Shown one piece after another: positions 1 through 7,457 of a stretch of 32,000 bases of DNA (positions are counted from its first letter, which is position 1; every line of letters begins with the position of its first letter). The DNA is from Nitrosomonas europaea (lineage in GTDB: Bacteria > Pseudomonadota > Gammaproteobacteria > Burkholderiales > Nitrosomonadaceae), in NCBI RefSeq assembly GCF_900167395.1, contig NZ_FUWK01000016.1, forward strand, positions 16,230 through 48,229. Direction: 5' to 3'. Under the pieces are notes generated by a model. It was not told where the DNA came from and searched no databases. It worked only from the letters and a program-made list of their open reading frames with translations. A program made the position numbers and the translations under genes.

Positions 1-2
1 CG

Positions 3-671
3 GTCGGGAAATTTTATCCCTCGGGTTCAGTGGAAGATCGTATGAAATCTTTCGAGATCAGTATCGAGCAGCTGCTATGGCCCGAAAAACGCTACTGCGA
101 TCAGAAAGATCTGTACTACTACGGACAGGATAAAGAAGGAAAAGGCTCCTATGCCTATGATTCGGAAGCAGCAGGCAGTTGCGAAGGAAAAACCTATCTG
201 ACCCGATCCGGCAAAGAAGTACCGGGTATTATCGACCGGACGACAGAAAGGAGTGAGCTAAAAGTACCGAAAGGTTACCTGCCATGGTATGTCAGAATTC
301 TCCCTATTGGTGATGGGTTGGAGCTTGGTCCATTCCCTGAAGGCATTCCTGTGAATCTGGTTTCCAATACCAATATGGAAATGAACTGGGGGCAGCGGCT
401 TTCTCTTTCGTGGGATCTTGCAAGGGCTATCGGGTGGGATATCTTTGATTTGTGGAAAGCCCAGGAACATCCTGAAAGCATGACTGATGAAGAGCTGCGC
501 AAAATATTGAGCGGGATAGTCGATCCTTTACTGGGCGTTAACAAATGTCCGGATTTTGTCGTTAACCGCGGGCATTATTTCGGCACAGACTACCTCCCGG
601 CAGAAGAAGGCAGAACAGCGCTCGATGATAACGATAAACGTGCTTTGATCGAGTTTCTCAAGACCATGTAA
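3..671 (+). CDS. hypothetical protein, C-terminal portion (5' end probably outside window)
   Basis: The frame of the 30..671 ORF has no stop back to nt 3, so the GTG at 30 is probably internal. Stop is TAA 669-671. The tail ...DDNDKRALIEFLKTM resembles the C-terminal helix of cytochrome-c / di-haem peroxidase (CCP/MauG)-type domains, but no CXXCH occurs in the visible residues. Confidence 0.6.
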   Translation, partial: VGKFYPSGSVEDRMKSFEISIEQLLWPEKRYCDQKDLYYYGQDKEGKGSYAYDSEAAGSCEGKTYLTRSGKEVPGIIDRTTERSELKVPKGYLPWYVRILPIGDGLELGPFPEGIPVNLVSNTNMEMNWGQRLSLSWDLARAIGWDIFDLWKAQEHPESMTDEELRKILSGIVDPLLGVNKCPDFVVNRGHYFGTDYLPAEEGRTALDDNDKRALIEFLKTM

Positions 672-773
672 TTCTGTAACGGCGGGTAATCCAACATGCA
701 GCCGGAATATCCGCCGTATTTCTCAGTTTACAGATCACGACGCTCTACCCGTTTTCTGCTCCAGGAGATATCT

Positions 774-2720
774 ATGATTGAGCCTGCCTCCCCGGAAAAT
801 AATCAGATCGATAGTGATAGTGACGAAAAGTTTGACTATGTCGTCATCGGCTCCGGTGCAGGAGGTGGGCCAGTCGCCTGCAAACTGGCTCTGGCAGGAT
901 TTCGTGTGCTGTTGCTGGAAGCCGGAGGAGATGATGAGCCCTGTGATTACAGGGTTCCGGCATTTCATGCACGTGCTTCGGAAAATGAAGCGCTTCGCTG
1001 GGATTACTTTGTTCATCATTATGGCGACAAAGTCCGGCAGGAATATGATTGCAAGTTCAGCAAAGAAAAGAATGGTGTGCTTTACCCTCGCTCGGGCACA
1101 TTAGGCGGATGTACCGCACATAATGCCATGGTTCTGATGTATCCCCACAATAGTGACTGGGATTACATTGCCAAACTGATGAATGATCCCAGTTGGCATA
1201 GCAGAAATATGCACAAATACTTCCGCCGTCTGGAACGCTGCGAATATGTTCCAAGATGGAAAATCTGGAGTCGCCATGGATTTGACGGCTGGTTGCCAAC
1301 CAATCCAGCTAACCGCTGGATGCTGTTGAAGGACAAAGTCCTGACAAAACTGACGATCGCCGCAGTGAAAGAATCCCGGCGCATGATGCATCCGCTCAAA
1401 CGTTTTTTTCTGGGGATTCTGAAATTTATCATTCGCTTCGATCCCAATGACTGGCGTTTGATTCGCAGGATTCCTGAAGGACTGTGCAAAATTCCGATGA
1501 CGATCCAACACGGCAAGCGGGCAGGTACCAGAGAGTACATCCTGCGGGTTCGGGAACAATGCCCTGACAAATTGATAGTAAGAACCCACTCATTGGTCCA
1601 GCGGATCCTGCTCGACGAACATAACAGAGCTTACGGCGTGGTGTATCGTGTGGGCGCTCATCAATATCGCGCTGACCCCCGGCACGAAGAATCAGTTGTC
1701 TCCGAAGCCAAAACAGTTTGTGCAAAACGTGAAATCATCATTGCTGCGGGTGCTTTCAATACGCCTCAACTGCTCATGCTATCCGGGATTGGTCCGCGGG
1801 AAGAACTGGAAAAACATGAGATCGAGGTAAAAGTAGAACTGCCAGGTGTCGGAAAAAATTTACAGGATCGCTATGAAATCGGCGTGGTAACGAGACTCAA
1901 AGAAAACATTCCCCTGATCAAAGGAATGAAATTACGCCCGCCAGAACCTGGAGAAGAGCCAGATCCGCAATACGCGCTGTGGCTCCAGGAAAAAGGACCT
2001 TACACCACGAACGGTGCAACGATTGCGCTCATCAAGCGCTCTTCTGCCAAACATCCAGATGACGATCCGGATCTGTTGATTTTTGGATTGCTCGGTAATT
2101 TCAGCGGCTACTATCCAGGCTATGCTCGTGATATTACCCGAGATAACAGTCGCTATCCTAATGCGCTATGTAATAAGAATGGCGACCACTCTGATACCTG
2201 CAAAGAAAATATCTTTACCTGGGCCATTCTCAAGGCACACGCAAGCAACACGGGATATGTCACCTTACGATCCAGCGATCCGCGCGATGTGCCTGACATC
2301 AACTTCAACTACTTTCCTGAAAATGAGGATGACAGCAGTAGCAAGAAGGATCTGGATTCAGTAGTAGAGGGCGTGGAAACCGTTCGCAATATTCTCGAAG
2401 ATTGCGGGGATCTGGTTGATGAAGAAATTCTACCGGGTGCAAACGTCAGCAGCCGAGATGAAATCCGTCAGTTCATCAAGGATCAGGCCTGGGGGCACCA
2501 TGCTTCCTGCACCTGCAAAATGGGACCGCGAAGCGATGAAATGGCCGTCGTCGACAGCCGGTTCCGTGTTTACGGAACCACTGGCCTGCGGATTGTCGAT
2601 GCTTCAATCTTTCCCAGAATACCGGGTTTTTTTATTGTATCCGCCATCTACATGATCAGTGAAAAGGCCGGTGAAGTCATTATTGAAGATGTAAGGAGTA
2701 AACTTGGAAACCACAGCTGA
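774..2720 (+). CDS. GMC-family FAD-dependent oxidoreductase (choline dehydrogenase/alcohol oxidase-like)
   Basis: SD AGGAG (763-767) lies 6 nt before ATG 774; the ORF-track start at 696 has no SD. N-terminal FAD fold DYVVIGSGAGGGPVACKLALAGFRVLLLEAGG. C-terminal GMC blocks AWGHHASCTCKMG and LRIVDASIFP. Confidence 0.9.
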   Translation: MIEPASPENNQIDSDSDEKFDYVVIGSGAGGGPVACKLALAGFRVLLLEAGGDDEPCDYRVPAFHARASENEALRWDYFVHHYGDKVRQEYDCKFSKEKNGVLYPRSGTLGGCTAHNAMVLMYPHNSDWDYIAKLMNDPSWHSRNMHKYFRRLERCEYVPRWKIWSRHGFDGWLPTNPANRWMLLKDKVLTKLTIAAVKESRRMMHPLKRFFLGILKFIIRFDPNDWRLIRRIPEGLCKIPMTIQHGKRAGTREYILRVREQCPDKLIVRTHSLVQRILLDEHNRAYGVVYRVGAHQYRADPRHEESVVSEAKTVCAKREIIIAAGAFNTPQLLMLSGIGPREELEKHEIEVKVELPGVGKNLQDRYEIGVVTRLKENIPLIKGMKLRPPEPGEEPDPQYALWLQEKGPYTTNGATIALIKRSSAKHPDDDPDLLIFGLLGNFSGYYPGYARDITRDNSRYPNALCNKNGDHSDTCKENIFTWAILKAHASNTGYVTLRSSDPRDVPDINFNYFPENEDDSSSKKDLDSVVEGVETVRNILEDCGDLVDEEILPGANVSSRDEIRQFIKDQAWGHHASCTCKMGPRSDEMAVVDSRFRVYGTTGLRIVDASIFPRIPGFFIVSAIYMISEKAGEVIIEDVRSKLGNHS

Positions 2721-2807
2721 TCACTTATCAGCTTCTGTAAACCCTGAGCATTTCGAGTTCGATTTTAACGCCGCAATGCACCCTTCAGTGAGATATTGAA
2801 CGGGTTC

Positions 2808-5669
2808 TTACCGAGTAAATACTTCATCCCCCTCGGCACCGCGCCGGGGTTTCCATTGAGTGCTGTAGTATTCTCCGCGATCTCGCGCCCAGGGATCGAA
2901 CAGGTTGACCACACCCTGAAGCTCATCCGCCAGCTCGGGCAACGTTCTCAACAGGACTCGCTTCAGCGGAGAAACCGGTTGCCGGTGACCATTGTACGTC
3001 CCCTCTTCCATTATTTCCGGGCCCGGCCCATTGTGCATTACCCACTCCACTCCCAGAATGCTATAGAACTCCGGGCGAAAACTCGAAGTAAAAAACCGGT
3101 CGCTGAAGAGTCTGCGTGAAGCATTGAGAACGAACACGACGAACTGGGTTTCTGAAATGGCAAAACCGTGCGGCCGTTTGAATTCCGCCAGCCAGCCGAC
3201 GACCGTATCGACATCCTCGATATTGTCTACAAGACTGCCGTCGGGATGCCCCAGACAATCGTTAATGGGTGATTTGTCGTCATTCAGCTGGGCGTTTGTG
3301 ATCAGTCTGGATGCATCGCACCGGTGCTGTCCGTATACCTCACGTAATGTCCGCACGAGCTGCTCCTGTTCGCGACGAACAGACGAATCTCCGGGCACGC
3401 GCGGATCGATGAAATCATCGAAGCTGGTCAATTGCTTCAACCCGTACTGCCGACGAAACTCGTTATAGCGCGGAATGCCCCGCTCCCGGTCGCGAATGAG
3501 ATCGAGTGCAGCAATGTCGATTTGCCGGGTGGATGATTGCAGATGAGGGATCTTCAGGTTTTGCAAAAACCGCGGATGATTCTGGAGCGTCAACGCACCT
3601 GCCCGCTGACGACCCATGCTGAGCGCCCAGTTTGCCAGGCCTTTCTGCCGCATCGCCCCGGTGGCTTTACCGCGAAAGGTATCGATGACAGGTATTTTTT
3701 GCCGAATGATATTCGGATTGTTATGCCATTCACGGTATTCGATCAAATCCGGCAACAAAGGATGCAGTCGATATACCGTGACGAACTCTTCAGGAAAACT
3801 GAAAGGAGAACCAAAATGGTTGACTCCGCCATTGATATCTTCGTTGCGGGTGAGTGTCCAGATATCCTTTCTGTTGCGATCGACCAGGGAATAGAGCGGC
3901 GCGCCTTCATAGCGATGATTGCCTAACCCGAAAATACCTGCTCCACCAGCGAAAGCGGCATGAAGACTGTTGCTGATACCTTCGGTATCGTCCAGCTGGC
4001 GGATAATTTCTCTCAGTACCTCGGATACCGCCGCATGTTCGTGAAATAACCCATGCCAGTTGGCGTTCATCCCCCGATACAGCGGCTCGTTGTACAGCAG
4101 CTGCGTCGTCCACTCAAGGGTATGGATCTTGGCGATCTCGGCGGCAATCACCAGTCGGGCTACATTGAATAATTCGCCTGCCGTGACATCCCGGTAACGA
4201 ATGATCATCTCAGGGTGCGCCGGGTTCCTCAAGCCGCTGTCAGCATCAGGTGTTTTGGCTGCCTGCTTGCGGAATTCCTCAACAAAAGCATTGTGCTCTC
4301 TGGCAAAGACATTATGAAAAAAACTCAATCCAATGGACCAGTTGTCCGGAAAAGCGGCTGCTTCCTGACCTGACCATGCCGGATCGATCGGATCATCCAC
4401 TTCAAAGGTCGGCAAGTATCCGGATTCATCGCCTCTATCCACGCTTTCTCTTACATGAATCAGCGCTAATTTGGCAGCATCCTCGGGATCCCGTTTCACC
4501 CGCTGACTGGAGCGCTCGTCATAGCCATAAAGCTGTGAGGCATCCCACCAGGCTGTCACATGATTACGTGTCGTTTTCGGCGCGCGTGTGCGATAAAGGT
4601 GGCCGTCGTGCATGAACGATGCGGGCGGTGTGTCATCATCGATCGGTGCAACATGGATTCTGTCACCCGGCCGGCAGCCCAGCTGGCGGGCTTCCTTCGC
4701 TGCCAAAGGCTGTTCGATGTTGTCAATTCGCTGAGTTATACAACCCACCGTCATCCACGCTGACTGGTCAGATTCCTCTTCCACATGAGAAAACCAGTCA
4801 TGGGTCATGAACTGAATCCAGAAAGCTGCCAGCACATTCAGGGCCGGTGCTTTTTTGTAATCACATGCGAATTTCTCAAGATCGCCAGATAACTCGTCGT
4901 CGTTCCGGCATTTATCAGGCTGTGACTGCGTGCGCGTAAACAATTTCCGGCTGATGACCTGCGGATCGGGTTTCAGCAAACCCAATCGATCTCCATGACG
5001 ATTCCTGGCCATCTCATCGAGGCCCAGATCAGGAAAGGTCGTATCGAACTGGACATTGCGCGCAAAGATCTGATGAGTCGAGCCCATCAACGGATTGTAG
5101 ATATCGTTACAGATACCGGTAACAGTACGAAAACGAATCAATTCGCCACTGCAAACCTGATGTTCCTGATTATGCTCAACGTCCTTGTAACGAGGATGAG
5201 TTGGCGGTAACTGCATTTCCGGCCAGACTTGTAAAACAGGGCCTGCCCTGCCATCACGGCCTGTCACATAAGCCTGGTAAGTACCGCTATTGTCAAAGAG
5301 ATTGAATTTGATCAGCTCGATCCGCTGCAACTCCAGTTCATAAAGCGCACTGTTGATGCCACGTTCATTCGGACCGAAAAACGAGCTGGCCAATGGCGAA
5401 GAAGATAATGACAAGCTGTCACCTGTTCCCCAGAAATTTGGCCAATCCAGCCAGGGATTCCGGTTGAGCGCCACAGCATGATCTCCACCAAGACAATGCG
5501 CCCGTCTCCCGGTGACCTTACCGAGAAACCGCTGTTCTCTCGTCTTGGCAACGTGCTGAATGTCACCTTGCATGAGCACAGAGAGACAGGATATTTCAGG
5601 TTCCAAAGCATCACATCCGCTCAAAAGCAGTAATCCTGTCAGTACGATAACTATCGGAAAGTGGCTCAT
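2808..5669 (-). CDS. animal-haem-peroxidase-family protein, alpha-dioxygenase/linoleate-diol-synthase-like, predicted lipoprotein
   Basis: Signal peptide with lipobox: MSHFPIVIVLTGLLLLSG|C. Peroxidase blocks RFRTVTGICNDIYNPLMG, AAFWIQFMTHDWFSH (distal His) and VYRLHPLLPD (Tyr/proximal His). 953 aa uninterrupted ORF. Confidence 0.85.
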   Translation of the reverse strand: MSHFPIVIVLTGLLLLSGCDALEPEISCLSVLMQGDIQHVAKTREQRFLGKVTGRRAHCLGGDHAVALNRNPWLDWPNFWGTGDSLSLSSSPLASSFFGPNERGINSALYELELQRIELIKFNLFDNSGTYQAYVTGRDGRAGPVLQVWPEMQLPPTHPRYKDVEHNQEHQVCSGELIRFRTVTGICNDIYNPLMGSTHQIFARNVQFDTTFPDLGLDEMARNRHGDRLGLLKPDPQVISRKLFTRTQSQPDKCRNDDELSGDLEKFACDYKKAPALNVLAAFWIQFMTHDWFSHVEEESDQSAWMTVGCITQRIDNIEQPLAAKEARQLGCRPGDRIHVAPIDDDTPPASFMHDGHLYRTRAPKTTRNHVTAWWDASQLYGYDERSSQRVKRDPEDAAKLALIHVRESVDRGDESGYLPTFEVDDPIDPAWSGQEAAAFPDNWSIGLSFFHNVFAREHNAFVEEFRKQAAKTPDADSGLRNPAHPEMIIRYRDVTAGELFNVARLVIAAEIAKIHTLEWTTQLLYNEPLYRGMNANWHGLFHEHAAVSEVLREIIRQLDDTEGISNSLHAAFAGGAGIFGLGNHRYEGAPLYSLVDRNRKDIWTLTRNEDINGGVNHFGSPFSFPEEFVTVYRLHPLLPDLIEYREWHNNPNIIRQKIPVIDTFRGKATGAMRQKGLANWALSMGRQRAGALTLQNHPRFLQNLKIPHLQSSTRQIDIAALDLIRDRERGIPRYNEFRRQYGLKQLTSFDDFIDPRVPGDSSVRREQEQLVRTLREVYGQHRCDASRLITNAQLNDDKSPINDCLGHPDGSLVDNIEDVDTVVGWLAEFKRPHGFAISETQFVVFVLNASRRLFSDRFFTSSFRPEFYSILGVEWVMHNGPGPEIMEEGTYNGHRQPVSPLKRVLLRTLPELADELQGVVNLFDPWARDRGEYYSTQWKPRRGAEGDEVFTR

Positions 5670-5724
5670 CTGAAATCCAGAAGCTCTACCAGGCTATTAG
5701 AAATTCATACGAATCCCGCGAGAA

Positions 5725-7392
5725 TCAAACCGTTACCCCATTCGGGATGATTCTTGGATTCATCCGGTCATAGGGAACAGGTCGGCTGCTGTTTCTTTGA
5801 TCGATTCGTCCTTCTATTTCCTGGAGCCGTTTTCTGAAGCGCTCTATGACATCACGTGCTGCCGGGTCAAATTGCCGCAACGGATACTGGCCGATACGAT
5901 TGACAGTAAAATTTGTCTGGAAATAAGTCCAGGTTTGCGAATATGCCGCCCGGAATGCGGGTTGAAACTTCAACAGCCCGTCTGCATCCATTTCCGCACC
6001 TTTCCCCACCGGGGGAGGTGCATAAGCCGAATGAGGCATATTGGGAACAAAACCCGGATATTTGTACTGGTTGAAATGAATGCACGAATGGAATGCCGTA
6101 CATAGAAAAATGACATGGCCAATAGTCTCGGCCAGTTCCTGTCTGGATGCAAACCTGGCGGGAAACCCGGGAATTCTGCCGCGATCCCGGGCGCCGATAT
6201 CATGCGCCCAGGCCTGAATCTCGCAATCTTCAGCCACATCCCCATCCGATTGATAGCAGACATCGATATATTCTGTGGCGAAGTGCTGGATTGCATTCCA
6301 TAACAACACACCATCATCACGATACGGATAAAAGAGATCAGGGTTATCGACTTCCCGGCTGGCAATATCGTTAGGGAAGGCCGATGCCCTGAAGTCAAAA
6401 CTTGTCATACCATTGGCCATGCACTGAGTCGTCGCATCATAATCTCCGGCAAACAGCTCACCATACCGGCCGGGGCGCCCTTTTCGATCCCGCAGGAAGG
6501 TGTGCTGATGATTGACGTTGAGTGTATGTCGAAGATGCGGATTCAACAGCACACAGAGCGGATGAGATTTATAAAGCTGCCGGCGTGAGGCCATGATAAT
6601 GGCTTCCATCACATAATGAATGCGGGTGGCATGGGTAACCAGTATATGGTGATTACCATCTGCGACCTGGGCAAACGTTTTGGCTGCCAGCCACAGATTG
6701 CCATCGTTTGGAGTATAAATGGGATTGTCAGGCCCGGCATCCTGATACAGCTGGATGGCAATCGGCCGCAATATGCCATCTGCTTGCAGAAACAGCACCA
6801 CAATCGGGGTTGTGACATATTGTTTACGGCCGCCATCGATTTGTCCGGGATTGCGCTGCAATATCTCCAGATCTGCATAATCCAGGATATACACACGCTT
6901 TTGCGTAATTGCAGTCGCATAGTCAGTTTCATCAACATACTTTGCAAAAACACGCTGGATTTCAGATTCCGGTAATTTCTGTGGCAGCGGATGCTGAGAA
7001 GTCACGGCGCGCAATACGACAGGATTTACCCCGATGACACGTTGCAGGCCAAATATCAGATCCTGCTGAAAGTTATCGACCAGTGCCGGATTCGGAGGGC
7101 TAAACGGATAAAAAATATAGTCGCGGTAGCTTTCCATCGGTTTGCCAAGCAAATAGCGCATATACGTCACCAGCAGACTCGGCAGACTTGGAATCAGCTG
7201 CAGCAAATTGATCCCGCCACGCAGCCAGTATCCAGGCCCTGGTATCTCCCGACATGGCAGTTTGCGTACCACAGCAATCGTATTGGCATACTCGTAGGCA
7301 TATTGATACTGCGCCTGTCTTCGCAGCAGATAATTTTTCCTATTCTCTACCGTGCGTCTGTTTTCTTCCTGTTGTGGCAGCTTGTTCATCAT
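5725..7392 (-). CDS. lipoxygenase
   Basis: Exact iron-binding signature H-x4-H-x4-H-x17-H-x8-H (HHILVTHATRIH...KSHPLCVLLNPH, nt 6535-6648). Second ligand block HSCIHFNQYKY. C-terminal ...IPNGVTV matches the terminal-carboxylate ligand position. SD AAGGAG lies 6 nt before ATG 7392; the ORF-track start 7422 is less likely. Confidence 0.9.
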   Translation of the reverse strand: MMNKLPQQEENRRTVENRKNYLLRRQAQYQYAYEYANTIAVVRKLPCREIPGPGYWLRGGINLLQLIPSLPSLLVTYMRYLLGKPMESYRDYIFYPFSPPNPALVDNFQQDLIFGLQRVIGVNPVVLRAVTSQHPLPQKLPESEIQRVFAKYVDETDYATAITQKRVYILDYADLEILQRNPGQIDGGRKQYVTTPIVVLFLQADGILRPIAIQLYQDAGPDNPIYTPNDGNLWLAAKTFAQVADGNHHILVTHATRIHYVMEAIIMASRRQLYKSHPLCVLLNPHLRHTLNVNHQHTFLRDRKGRPGRYGELFAGDYDATTQCMANGMTSFDFRASAFPNDIASREVDNPDLFYPYRDDGVLLWNAIQHFATEYIDVCYQSDGDVAEDCEIQAWAHDIGARDRGRIPGFPARFASRQELAETIGHVIFLCTAFHSCIHFNQYKYPGFVPNMPHSAYAPPPVGKGAEMDADGLLKFQPAFRAAYSQTWTYFQTNFTVNRIGQYPLRQFDPAARDVIERFRKRLQEIEGRIDQRNSSRPVPYDRMNPRIIPNGVTV

Positions 7393-7457
7393 GTGACGCT
7401 CCTTTAAAAGGATAAAATTCATCCAGTTCCCGGATTACTTCACTGCGACATCCTCAT

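Noticed and set aside
2715-2733. 7-bp-stem hairpin (AGCTGAT-cactt-ATCAGCT) overlapping the GMC stop codon
   Set aside because: The stem is short and AT-rich with no following T-run on either strand, so it is too weak to call a terminator.
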